Part shown: positions 32,034 to 41,597 of the stretch, one piece after another | Layout of the letters: each line of letters begins with the position of its first letter | How positions within the stretch are numbered: the stretch's first letter is position 1 | Assembly (NCBI GenBank): GCA_965602225.1 | Contig: CBFCYE010000012.1 | Span: forward strand, 11,177 to 75,176 | Source of the DNA: an uncultured Gammaproteobacteria bacterium | Lineage (GTDB): Bacteria > Pseudomonadota > Gammaproteobacteria > Tenderiales > Tenderiaceae | Direction: 5' to 3' | DNA: 64,000 nt | Made by a program: the position numbers and the translations under genes | The notes under the pieces: generated by a model | The model's database searches: none | Told to the model about the DNA's origin: nothing | What the model saw: only the letters and a program-made list of their open reading frames with translations

Positions 32034-33533
32034 TTATGAATGCCTGCTTCTGGTATCTGTATTCACAGTCATGATGTCTGCTAAGGTTCCATCCAGCTGG
32101 AATGTCTGGCGATACTTATCTATCCATGTGGAGACCGGATTAAGGCCGCTTGGTGGATAGCCTCCCCACGGTTCGAACATAGATTCAATTGATGGGTCAC
32201 TATTGACACAGATTCTTGCCGCCCTTGAGTTAACTGCAAACGATCTAATTAACTCTTTGTTGGTGCTGAGAATGGTGTCACTGAGAGGAAACCGGTTTGC
32301 CTTAAGCCACTGCCACATTTCTTCCTCACTGACTTGTTTCAACCACAGTGCCGGCCCAAACATCCCTTCACGGACTATTGTGCTATCAAGGCTAACATTC
32401 TCGATTACTGCGGGGCTGAAGTATGCATTCTTGACATTGCCACCACATAGAATCCTTGCTTCAGCAGAGTCGCTAATGTTTTGCTTCAACAGCGTGGCCT
32501 GCTTATCACTGAATAAAGGACCGACTTGTGTGTTTTGTTCTAGTGGATGCCCGACTCGGAGATTAGTGAATGCCTCTACGAGTGCTTCTTTGAAGGGTTT
32601 ATAAATTGTGTCCTTGATGAGTACTCCATTGATTGAGGTGCATGTGCCGCCGTTATATCTAGTGGCCCCGCTTGTGACAATACGAACTGCTTCTTCAATT
32701 GAAAATGTGTCATCCACATATAACATGCCATTTCCCTGGCCATCAATAAGACAGACTTTGCCGGCTGAAAAAGCATTGCTAAAAACAGGCATTGCATATT
32801 GATTGCTGCCTATGTAATGAATTAAATCAACATTCTCGCTTTCATTGCATGCCTCAAGAAAATCCTTGGCCAGGCAGTTGACGATTGAGATGCATGATTC
32901 TGGTGGCTCACTTTTTAATATGGCCTCGGCAAGCAGGGCCCCTGTCGTTCCGGTTTGCAGTGATGGACGCAGAATGACTCGTGAGCCTGCGCAAAGCGCT
33001 GAAGCAATAATGACAATGCCAAGTGTTAGTGACGCATTTTGCGGCACCACTGCAGCAATACAACGAAACGGACGATCAATCATCCGCATGTCCCGACCAG
33101 TTGCTGAGGAATAGGAGTGACGAATAATGCGTTCGTGACGCTGATCCTTGCCAGCATATATCTCAAAGTCGTTCAGGTATTCAATCGCACCATCAACAAT
33201 TTCAGTTGTGTCTTCTGCTATAAAGCCGGTTTCGAGATAGGCCTGCTCGAATATTCTGTCGCGATTAATTTCGAGCTGATCTTTTAAGCGGTTGAGGAAT
33301 TCAAAAACCTCGGTCATGGATGGCATATATTTAGACGGATCTAAATCTGATATTGCATTTGATATATCAGCTTTGTTGGCAAGATATATCTGACCTACGG
33401 TTTTATTGGTAACAGGCGATGTTACTTGATAAGTATCTCCAACATAGCTAATGCGATTGCCAATTAGATTGCCATAGCTATTTTCGCTCACTGTATCCCC
33501 ACTTTCTGTTGATGGGGATTCATGATTCCCCAT
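32034..33533 (-). CDS. aldehyde dehydrogenase superfamily protein, atypical (possibly LuxC-type acyl-CoA reductase-like)
   Basis: It has the ALDH fold landmarks AAVVPQNASL, ALCAGSRVILRPS, a candidate catalytic Cys in NGGTCTS and EGMFGP. It lacks the canonical ELGGK Glu motif. Confidence 0.55.
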   Translation of the reverse strand: MGNHESPSTESGDTVSENSYGNLIGNRISYVGDTYQVTSPVTNKTVGQIYLANKADISNAISDLDPSKYMPSMTEVFEFLNRLKDQLEINRDRIFEQAYLETGFIAEDTTEIVDGAIEYLNDFEIYAGKDQRHERIIRHSYSSATGRDMRMIDRPFRCIAAVVPQNASLTLGIVIIASALCAGSRVILRPSLQTGTTGALLAEAILKSEPPESCISIVNCLAKDFLEACNESENVDLIHYIGSNQYAMPVFSNAFSAGKVCLIDGQGNGMLYVDDTFSIEEAVRIVTSGATRYNGGTCTSINGVLIKDTIYKPFKEALVEAFTNLRVGHPLEQNTQVGPLFSDKQATLLKQNISDSAEARILCGGNVKNAYFSPAVIENVSLDSTIVREGMFGPALWLKQVSEEEMWQWLKANRFPLSDTILSTNKELIRSFAVNSRAARICVNSDPSIESMFEPWGGYPPSGLNPVSTWIDKYRQTFQLDGTLADIMTVNTDTRSRHS

Positions 33534-34324
33534 TTCTTATATATTTTACCGAGCTCACCGCTCGCTTTAAGTTTAGATAAGGCCTGATTAATAGCATCGA
33601 GCAGCGTTTTATCTTCACCTCTAAAGGCGACCACATAACGCCCTTCTCCAAATGCTTGCCCCACATTTTTAAGCTTCGGATTACTTGCGCCGTAGGCACT
33701 GGCAATCGGTGTGTCGAGGACGACGGCATCCACCTTGCCTTCCTCAAGATCCTGGTAGCTGTATATTATCTCTGGATTTATGCGGACATTAATTTCAGGG
33801 ATGCTTCTGAGAATATCTTCTGCTGCTGTGCCCGACAGCGTAGCTACTGTCTTACCCTTTAAATCATCAAGACTCATTATCCCTTGAGTATCCTTGCGCA
33901 CAGTAATCTGCTGAGTATAGAGATAATAAGGATGTGAAAATTTAACTATATGACCTCGTTCCTCAGTATCCTCTATACCATTCATAGCTATGTCGAAACT
34001 TTTATTTTGTAGTTCTGGAATCAATGTATCCCATGCCTTAATCACCAATTCCTGTTTTACGCCCAGCGATAGGGCAATGCTATTTGCAATATCCACCTCA
34101 AAGCCGATATATGTTCCTGGGTTTTTTGGGTCTTCATAAACATAGGGGATCCCGCCAATTACGTCAGCCCCCCAAAGCAGAACCCCAGCCTTCTTTACCC
34201 TTTCAAGAGACGGGTCTTTATCAGTGTTAGTGTTTGCTGTGTTGCCTAAGTTATTGCTATCACATCCTGAAAATAGTGCGGCCAATACCAATAATATATA
34301 TATAGATTTCATTTTTATTCTCAA
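33488..34324 (-). CDS. family-3 (polar amino acid type) periplasmic substrate-binding lipoprotein
   Basis: It has a signal peptide with lipobox (LAALFSGC) and an SBP_bac_3-like core (LLWGADVIGGIPYVYED...GFEVDIANSIA...FDIAMNG). Confidence 0.8.
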   Translation of the reverse strand: MRIKMKSIYILLVLAALFSGCDSNNLGNTANTNTDKDPSLERVKKAGVLLWGADVIGGIPYVYEDPKNPGTYIGFEVDIANSIALSLGVKQELVIKAWDTLIPELQNKSFDIAMNGIEDTEERGHIVKFSHPYYLYTQQITVRKDTQGIMSLDDLKGKTVATLSGTAAEDILRSIPEINVRINPEIIYSYQDLEEGKVDAVVLDTPIASAYGASNPKLKNVGQAFGEGRYVVAFRGEDKTLLDAINQALSKLKASGELGKIYKKWGIMNPHQQKVGIQ

Positions 34325-34345
34325 ATATTTTTAACTAATCACTTA

Positions 34346-34362
34346 TTGCGTTACCGCAGGTA
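34346..34362. promoter_or_regulatory. perfect 7-3-7 palindrome upstream of the binding-protein operon (candidate operator)
   Basis: CGTTACC-GCA-GGTAACG lies about 25 bp upstream of the binding-protein start codon. Confidence 0.45.
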
Positions 34363-34964
34363 ACGTATTTGTCTTTTCCATCTTGCCAGAGCAAGAGATG
34401 AAGTTCCATCTGGATTAACTTTAGACAACTATATGAAAGCGTAGTAGGTATGAAGCTATCGATAAGCTCATATTGTTGATTGAATAGTCTCAGTATAATC
34501 AAGTGAAATGCCACGCTCCTTAAAACCTCTACTATTAAGGTGTTATTTTGAAGTTTATGCCTTAGTTGTATCGTTCAAAATACTTTAAATCTTTAGTCAT
34601 GGCTCTTGAAAACAGCCTGTTTTCTTAAAGGCCAGATAGTTATTTAAAGAAGAGGTTCAGTGGCTGTTTAGCTGTTGCCAGAGTGTCAGGGGTTTAATGG
34701 CCGATGCTGGTGATATTTATCAAGGCTTCTTGAGGTATCGAGGCACTCTAAGTCTAGACTTGCTTTAGTGGTGTGGCGCATATCTGCTGTGCGAGTGAAT
34801 AGTTTATAAATGCCTGTGCCTGTGCCTGTCGCGTTTGTGGCAATGTGGGTCAGTCATAAATTAAATCATAAGCCCATGCAGCTTGTATTGGGCAGAACAT
34901 TTGGATGGATGTACGTATTATTACTTATAGTTATTTATCCTATATAAATAGGCTCGTCATGAAC

Positions 34965-35990
34965 TCAGTTAAAGTCACCAAAGCCAAGCACTGTTGTGCG
35001 TAACTCATTTTTCAAAATTGCATCGATGTCGCTTAGCAAGCGTTGCTCGGCCTGATCGGCGGTGACTGATGCGACCTTTATCGGCCAGCGTTGCACGCCG
35101 ATGTCATTGCCGTTGTTGTCGAGCAATCTTAGTTCCAGGGTGCCTCGTAGCCAGTGCCAGTTGTCTTGATTGAATGGTGGGTCAAGTTTTGCTTCGGCTA
35201 GCAATGTGTAATCACTTTGATTTTTCGTGCCAATCTGAAACCCAGCGCTGCCAGCATTGCCGCTAAGGATAGATTGTAACTTCGTTGCAAGTGCGCCCTG
35301 TGTTTCGGGCGAAAGTTTGATGTCGTTAATCAGGCTGTCACGGGTGCGGGTTAATTCTGCCAGGGAGATGGTGGCGGGTTTGCCGCGGCCGCTTGCATCT
35401 ACTACCTGTAATGCATTCTGTGTGCTGAGGCGTTGCAATTGGCTGTTGATGGCCTGTTGTACCAGTGCGGCCTTTTGTAATGAGTCGGTTTCTGATTCGG
35501 CCTGTTTTAGTTTTTGTTTGCTTTGTTCATCAAGTGTGTCGATCTGTTGTGCAAAATGCTGTTTGGCCTTGTTGCGTGACAGCACAGCCAGGGCGTGATG
35601 TTTATGCTTGATTTGATCATTCCAGGTATCGGCGATCTCTATACCCTGGATGGTGCGTGTGGTTTGGGTGCTTAATTGCCGCGAGACGCTTTGCTCTAAT
35701 TTTTCGCTGCTTTGATCGCCCTGTTGTTGCTTGCTGTATTGCTGTTGTTGCAGGCTGCGCTCGTTAATGGCTACTTCGAATTGTTTGGCCAGGTCGGCAC
35801 GGGCGCGATCTTTGGCGTCATTGAGGTTGTCGGCCATGCCCTGCCCGCTTAAATAAAGCTGGCCCGGGTAGTATTTGCTGTGACCATCTATCCAGTCGGG
35901 TTGGCTGCCGTCTTTTGTAGCCGTGCTACTGCAGGCACTAATCAATACGATGACGGATAGAAGCAGAGTATGTAATGCGCGCATGATCAT
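34965..35990 (-). CDS. lipoprotein with an LPP20-like N-domain, a Q-rich coiled-coil and a C-terminal domain
   Basis: It has a lipobox (LISAC). The PDWIDG...YLSGQG...DRARADLAKQ motif matches the LPP20/FlgP-type domain shared with the 38477 gene. The start was chosen at MIMRAL; the ORF extends to 36062 and overlaps the upstream gene. Confidence 0.6.
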   Translation of the reverse strand: MIMRALHTLLLSVIVLISACSSTATKDGSQPDWIDGHSKYYPGQLYLSGQGMADNLNDAKDRARADLAKQFEVAINERSLQQQQYSKQQQGDQSSEKLEQSVSRQLSTQTTRTIQGIEIADTWNDQIKHKHHALAVLSRNKAKQHFAQQIDTLDEQSKQKLKQAESETDSLQKAALVQQAINSQLQRLSTQNALQVVDASGRGKPATISLAELTRTRDSLINDIKLSPETQGALATKLQSILSGNAGSAGFQIGTKNQSDYTLLAEAKLDPPFNQDNWHWLRGTLELRLLDNNGNDIGVQRWPIKVASVTADQAEQRLLSDIDAILKNELRTTVLGFGDFN

Positions 35991-37287
35991 CTCTCTTGCT
36001 GGTAATGGTGGAGGCAGGCAGGTGCCAGCTGTAGAACTGTTTTTGTCGTTGTTGCAATGCAATTATATTAGACGATTTTTTGGCAACAATAGTGTTGGCA
36101 TTACCTTTCAATCGGATATCCAATTCATGATCGCCAGGTGGTAGTGCGATGCGGCTGATTATTATTTCCTGTGGCAGGCTATACCAGGCGCGAGTATCAG
36201 CCTGCTCGCTAATGAAACCGGCAATATTGGTAACGAAGCCTAGCAAGGGACTTTGTTTGGCCATGTTGTCGCTGAGATTATTTTTGACCGAAACTCGCGC
36301 AATTGCGCGGGCAATAATGTCGGGCATTTGATCGCTTAAGTTGGCTTCTGCCTGTTGGTCGAGTGCTGCAAATGTCTCGCCTTTATCAGATTGGTTCGTG
36401 CCGACAATCTGCACGGTTTTAACCTGTGCCTGTCTTTTTTCATAAAAGGGGATGGCAATGCGATGTAGTTGGCCACTGCGTGGGTCTTGTGCGTTGATGG
36501 CGGTTTCGTGTTTATGTGGCACCAGACCATTGAGGACAATAGCTATAAATTCGCCATGCTGATTTAGTTCTGACTGTTTGAGCCAGTGTTTGAGTTTGAA
36601 CTCTTCAAGATAGCTTTGGTGTTCTTCATCAAGGCCTTGGTGTTGGCTTAGGCGTAACAGGTCTGCCTGTAATTGTTTTGGCACATCAGTTTCAGCCGCC
36701 TTATAGGACTCATAGGCTTTGCGATAGGCAATCAGGGCGTCGCTTAATTCTTTATTGGCCTCAAATACCAGGCCGCTGAGATAGCGGGCAAACGCAGGCT
36801 CATCGGTTTCAAAATTCTGTTTAAGGAATACATCCAGTTGCAGTGTTTCAACCCGGGCACCATCGATATCATTCAGCTCGAGATAGTTGATGATCTTCAG
36901 GCAGTAGAGCATGGCGCGTTCAAATGGCGCGGGTAGATAACTGCGCATGGCATCGTTGACGGTAACGGCTGCCGCCTGTTCTCTCAGGCTTACTGCTTCC
37001 AGATTGGTGCTGGTTTGCTTGGCTGTTTCCAGTTCGGTGTTGCTGTCTTCAAAGTTGCCCTGCATGCGCAGCAGGGTTGCCTTGTTGAGATGGTAGATGG
37101 CCTGGTCGCGTGGTTTATGCTGTTGTTGTTCCAGCGCGGTTAAGGCCAGTTCGGGTTGCTGGGTTATCAGATATTGTTCTAATGGATCTTGGGTATAGGC
37201 CATAGAGACACAACCGCTACTGATCAGCATGGCTGCCAACAGTAGCGGTGTTCTGATTAGACGAACCGGGTGAGTGAGCCAGTGCAT
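35938..37287 (-). CDS. TPR-like lipoprotein (COG3014-like?)
   Basis: 449 aa with a lipobox (LISSGC), TPR-like N-terminal helices and a C-terminal domain of unknown fold. Confidence 0.5.
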   Translation of the reverse strand: MHWLTHPVRLIRTPLLLAAMLISSGCVSMAYTQDPLEQYLITQQPELALTALEQQQHKPRDQAIYHLNKATLLRMQGNFEDSNTELETAKQTSTNLEAVSLREQAAAVTVNDAMRSYLPAPFERAMLYCLKIINYLELNDIDGARVETLQLDVFLKQNFETDEPAFARYLSGLVFEANKELSDALIAYRKAYESYKAAETDVPKQLQADLLRLSQHQGLDEEHQSYLEEFKLKHWLKQSELNQHGEFIAIVLNGLVPHKHETAINAQDPRSGQLHRIAIPFYEKRQAQVKTVQIVGTNQSDKGETFAALDQQAEANLSDQMPDIIARAIARVSVKNNLSDNMAKQSPLLGFVTNIAGFISEQADTRAWYSLPQEIIISRIALPPGDHELDIRLKGNANTIVAKKSSNIIALQQRQKQFYSWHLPASTITSKRDDHARITYSASIRHRID

Positions 37288-37302
37288 GCGGCTAGGCTAT
37301 TG

Positions 37303-37914
37303 TTACCAGCGCATGCCAGCTTTTTTGACCAGCTTCTTGATCTTCTTTTGGCCGACCCAAACCTTGCGGTTGTCGGCCATGCTGATCAGGGTCAGGTCAA
37401 TCTGGTAGTAACGTATTTGTGATTTTCCTTCGGTATCGAGGATGGTGTTGATGCTGCCCTTAAGCATGAAATCGGCACCTACTTCGCGGCCCATGGCGTT
37501 GCGTGTGGCCTCGCTTGAATGTAGTTCCTGTTCGCGACGTTCTTCACGGATCTCGCCACGCTCGTCACTGGAGGCGACAAATTCAACCTTGCCGGAGTTG
37601 ATCAGCTCGCGTTCCATGTCGCCAACAAAGGTGTTGACGTTGATGTGTTCGTGGCTAAGGTTGCGGATTTCACCAACGATGACAGCGGGCTGGTTATTGT
37701 TTTTGCGGGAAAAGTTGCTGATCCATGGGCGCGACAACACATCGGCAATCATCTCTTCAGAGACCATGCGTGAGTCGGTGTCGTTCCAGTCACCACTGAG
37801 ATCGGTCACTTCTTTGGTATCCATGCGTTCAACGCTGGTTGAACAGCCCTGCAGTACGCTGCCCATAACAAGCACACTTGCCAGGGTAATGATGCCCGTC
37901 AGTTTATGATTCAT
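37303..37914 (-). CDS. LpoB/FlgO-like (COG3417-type) lipoprotein
   Basis: 203 aa with a lipobox (LQGC). The PAVIVGEIRNLS...FVGDMERELINSGKVEFV pattern resembles LpoB/TolB-N-like folds. Confidence 0.5.
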   Translation of the reverse strand: MNHKLTGIITLASVLVMGSVLQGCSTSVERMDTKEVTDLSGDWNDTDSRMVSEEMIADVLSRPWISNFSRKNNNQPAVIVGEIRNLSHEHINVNTFVGDMERELINSGKVEFVASSDERGEIREERREQELHSSEATRNAMGREVGADFMLKGSINTILDTEGKSQIRYYQIDLTLISMADNRKVWVGQKKIKKLVKKAGMRW

Positions 37915-38477
37915 TGTTTGTCTCCTGCTAAACGATCAAAGATGTTATCACTTTCGCGGCTGAGGAAGTCGCGCAGAGACGGGCTCATCTGCTCGGCCAT
38001 TTCCAGAGTCTGTTTCATACGCTTCATGTCCAGTTCGGCGATGGAATAGATATTGCCACTGCGTTTGTCGCGCCAGCGGCCGATGATCTTGGCGCCGGTG
38101 AGATTGATCTGACTCAGGTTCTGGATATCTCGCGAGACCGATTGTTCGTTGACCGTTTCGCCACCACTGCTGGCCGCGGCAGTATAGTCATTCGAGGCAA
38201 CGCTGAGGTAGGAGCTTAATATTCTGGCCAGCTCTGCCCTGGCGCGGTCGTCAGCGGTGGATTTTTGCAGTGATTCATCGCCCATGCTGGCTGCCGAGCC
38301 GACGCCATGAAACAGGCGGCCGCCGTTGTCGTTGAGGGCCTGGGTACCTTCGTTGACCCAGTCGGGTGCACCCTTGATGCTGAGGTCGCTTTCGACCATG
38401 GTTTTGCCCGAGCAGCCTGCTAGAAACAGCAGGATGAGGGTGGGTAGGATAAGGCCGACTTTTATTTGTTTGGACAT
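37911..38477 (-). CDS. LPP20-family lipoprotein
   Basis: It has a lipobox (LAGC) and the motif APDWVNEG...GVGSA...DRARAELARIL. A GGAGGAG RBS precedes the MSKQIK start. It overlaps the next gene by 4 nt. Confidence 0.6.
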   Translation of the reverse strand: MSKQIKVGLILPTLILLFLAGCSGKTMVESDLSIKGAPDWVNEGTQALNDNGGRLFHGVGSAASMGDESLQKSTADDRARAELARILSSYLSVASNDYTAAASSGGETVNEQSVSRDIQNLSQINLTGAKIIGRWRDKRSGNIYSIAELDMKRMKQTLEMAEQMSPSLRDFLSRESDNIFDRLAGDKQ

Positions 38478-38673
38478 GGTGTGCTCCTCCGTGAATGTTT
38501 TACGCTGTTGTGACCGTGGTAAAAGAATAGCATTCTTGCTTACCATGTATTTAGTCTCACGGCCTTATTTCTCCATAAAGCCCTATTAATTGCTTGCTTG
38601 AAAAGCTGTAGCTCTGGGCTAGAGTGATATTACTCATATTGAGATCCAGCCCTAATGGAAAGGAGGTTTGTCC

Positions 38674-39264
38674 ATGACCAACTACCATACCCTGCCCCAC
38701 CATCTGATTAATCAACCGGTATCTGTTTTGAGTCCACCGGAATACCATGATGCGGTCATTAATGAGGAGAGTCCGGCCATTTGTGGCATGACCGACCTGA
38801 GCCAGATTCGCCCTCTGATGGTAGAGCCTTTTGCCACACTGAGCCACGCCAATGAAAGGATGATCAATTATGCCGTGCGCATGTTGTTTGTTACCCAGGG
38901 GCAACAACAGATGATTGGCATTATTACCGCATCAGATATTCTCGGCGAAAAGCCGGTGAAGTATATGCACGAGGTCGGTTGTACCCATGCTGACATCCTG
39001 GTGCGGGACATCATGTCACCGGCCACCTCGCTTGAGGCCTTGAATCTGGCCGATGTTGAGCGCGCCCGGATTGGTGATGTGATTGAAACTTTGCGCATTA
39101 GTGGCCGGCAGCATGCGCTGGTGGTCGAGACTGATACGGATGCCAGAATAGAGCATATCTGCGGTATTTTTTCGACGGCGCACATCAGTCGACTGATGCA
39201 TGCCCGGGTTGAGGTTGCCGAAGTGGCGACCAGTTTTGCGGCGATTCAGAGCGCCCTGAGTTAA
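38674..39264 (+). CDS. CBS domain pair protein
   Basis: Two CBS-like segments (MIGIITASDIL and ICGIFSTAHISRL). An AGGAGG RBS sits 7 nt upstream of the ATG. Confidence 0.6.
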   Translation: MTNYHTLPHHLINQPVSVLSPPEYHDAVINEESPAICGMTDLSQIRPLMVEPFATLSHANERMINYAVRMLFVTQGQQQMIGIITASDILGEKPVKYMHEVGCTHADILVRDIMSPATSLEALNLADVERARIGDVIETLRISGRQHALVVETDTDARIEHICGIFSTAHISRLMHARVEVAEVATSFAAIQSALS

Positions 39265-41468
39265 ACGTAATTGGCCAGGGCGCCTGGCCCGGCCAGCCAG
39301 CCAGCGACGGCGGCGGTGGGCATCGGTCTGCTGATGTGATAACCCTGGGCGGTATCGCAGCCGAGATCTCTGAGCATTCGCATCGGTTCTTTGCGCTCAA
39401 CGCCCTCGGCCACAACCTTGAAACCCAGGTTGTGGCCGAGATCAATGACCGACATGACGATGGCGGCATCATTTTTGTCGGTATCCATATTCTTGACAAA
39501 AGATTGGTCGATCTTGAGTTCATCGATGGGCAGGCGTTTGAGGTAAGACAACGAAGAATAGCCGGTACCAAAGTCGTCAATAGATATCCTGATACCGAGA
39601 TCGCTTAGTGATTTGATGATGTCGATGGCGGAATCAATATTCGACATCAGGGTGTTTTCGGTGATTTCGATCTCAAGATTTTCTGGTGAGGTCTGGCTGA
39701 TCTCCAGGGCATTTTTGACCGATTGAACAAAGTTGTGATCCTGAAATGAGCGGGCTGAGACATTGATGGCCACCGGGGTATGAATACCGCTGTTACCCCA
39801 GTGCAGATTTTGTTTGAGTGCGGTGGCGATGACCCACTCCGTTAGCTCTTTCATCAGTCCCATTTGTTCTGCTACCGGGATGAAGTGTGCCGGTGATAGA
39901 TGTCCCTTGGTTGGGTGTTGCCAGCGGATCAGGGCCTCAAGGCCGCTGGTTTTACCTGTTTCAAGCTGTATCTTGGGTTGATAATAGAGTTCAAACTCGT
40001 CCTCTTTGAGGCCGTTTTTGATGCTGCTGACAAGGTGTATCTGTTTACGATAGGGTTCATCCAGTCCGCTTTTGTAGAACTGGTATGGCTGATTGTTGCG
40101 TTTTGAGGTGTACATGGCCATATCGGCACAGCGCACCAGAGTGTCGGCATCGTCACCATGTTGTGGGTAAATGGTGATGCCGATGGCGACACCAAGATAG
40201 AGCTCATTGCCACCAAAATAATACGGTTGATTGAAGCAGGCCTGAATTTTATTGGCGACGTTTATCGCCGCTGATTTTCCATCATCGACCAGGGGCAACA
40301 GAATGGCAAATTCATCGCCGCCGAGCCTGGCCAGGGTGTCGCCGTCGCGTAGCACTTCTTTCAGGCGATGGCTGACTTGGCATAAAACCACATCACCGGC
40401 GGCATGGCCGAGGGTGTCATTAACGTACTTGAAGTGGTTCAGGTCGAGCATCATTAGTACGGCGTGTTTGTCTGACTCTCGTTTGGCGATGGCAATATTT
40501 TGATTGATGCGGTCATGCCAGAGGGCGCGATTGGCCAGGCCGGTAAGGTCATCGGTGGTGGCCATCAGTTCAAGTTTGCTGTGGGCCAGCTTGGCCTCGG
40601 TGATTTCTTCCATAATGCCGTCAATCCGGATCACACTGCCTTCGCTGCCAATAAACGGGTGGAAGGTGCGTTTGAACCAGCGTTGCATATTGCCTGGCGC
40701 GTGGACGCGGCTTTCAACCGAGACGGTTTCGCCAGCCATGGCGCGTGCCCAAGCCGCTTCGACGCTGGGGCGATCTTCCGGAATGGTCCAGGCCAAGCAG
40801 GGAATCGGTAGCTCCATACTGATAGGGGATATTTCTTCTACGGTAGGGCTGACATAAAGGGGGGTGTTGCTGACGACATCAATCGACCAGATGACTTGGG
40901 GAATATTGGTTAGCAGGTCTGAGATTTGCCGTTGTAGGTGTTCGACCTTGTCTTTTTCAGCTTCGATGGAGTTCGCGGCTGCCTGCCAATAGCCTTCCAG
41001 CATCATGCCCATGTCACGGAATAGCAGTTTATTCAGGCAATCGTTTAATGAGCTGCGATCCGTATCGAGTATCTGGCTGGATTGAAGGATGATTGTGGAC
41101 AGATGCTTTTGATACAAGCGGTAGGCCCCCATGATCCAGACGGGATCGATTTTTCTATCATGGTGAACCAGGCCAATGTGTTTCAGGCGGGCTAGATATT
41201 GAGGGTCATTTTGATCGGTGAGCAGGGATATAAGGTGATCAACTTGTTTTTTGCTCAGCTCTTTGAGTTTGCCGCCATTATCAGCGTAACTATTTAAAAG
41301 TTTGGATGTGGCTGGGAAGCGAAACAGGTAGTCATAAAAGACGGTGGCAAAACTATCGGCACCATTGGTTAATACGTCTTGATATTTATCCAGCAGCTTG
41401 AGTTGTTTTGAATTGATCTCAAGAAAGGCGTTGATTTCCTGATCAGGAAATTGCTGATCCTCGTTCAT
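39261..41468 (-). CDS. globin-coupled sensor - PAS - GGDEF - EAL c-di-GMP turnover protein
   Basis: The N-terminal 160 aa have globin-sensor-like motifs (FATVFYDYLFRFP, HIGLVHHDRKIDPVWIMGAYRLY). The GGDEF motif (RLGGDEFAIL) and the EAL motifs (EALIRW, DDFGTGYSSLSYL) are both present. Confidence 0.75.
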   Translation of the reverse strand: MNEDQQFPDQEINAFLEINSKQLKLLDKYQDVLTNGADSFATVFYDYLFRFPATSKLLNSYADNGGKLKELSKKQVDHLISLLTDQNDPQYLARLKHIGLVHHDRKIDPVWIMGAYRLYQKHLSTIILQSSQILDTDRSSLNDCLNKLLFRDMGMMLEGYWQAAANSIEAEKDKVEHLQRQISDLLTNIPQVIWSIDVVSNTPLYVSPTVEEISPISMELPIPCLAWTIPEDRPSVEAAWARAMAGETVSVESRVHAPGNMQRWFKRTFHPFIGSEGSVIRIDGIMEEITEAKLAHSKLELMATTDDLTGLANRALWHDRINQNIAIAKRESDKHAVLMMLDLNHFKYVNDTLGHAAGDVVLCQVSHRLKEVLRDGDTLARLGGDEFAILLPLVDDGKSAAINVANKIQACFNQPYYFGGNELYLGVAIGITIYPQHGDDADTLVRCADMAMYTSKRNNQPYQFYKSGLDEPYRKQIHLVSSIKNGLKEDEFELYYQPKIQLETGKTSGLEALIRWQHPTKGHLSPAHFIPVAEQMGLMKELTEWVIATALKQNLHWGNSGIHTPVAINVSARSFQDHNFVQSVKNALEISQTSPENLEIEITENTLMSNIDSAIDIIKSLSDLGIRISIDDFGTGYSSLSYLKRLPIDELKIDQSFVKNMDTDKNDAAIVMSVIDLGHNLGFKVVAEGVERKEPMRMLRDLGCDTAQGYHISRPMPTAAVAGWLAGPGALANYV

Positions 41469-41597
41469 ACCTAACCACCCCTGGTTGTGTAATTCACTCT
41501 TCAGTCTAGGGTATAACGGTATTAGGGTCTAATAGTTGAGGTCGATAATTCAGTAGTTTTTTTGCGTAAATTATTGTGTTGGGCAATACGGCTGGAT

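Noticed and set aside
32203-32604. 133-aa plus-strand ORF inside the ALDH-like gene.
   Set aside because: It is an antisense shadow ORF within a CDS that has clear ALDH-fold motifs.
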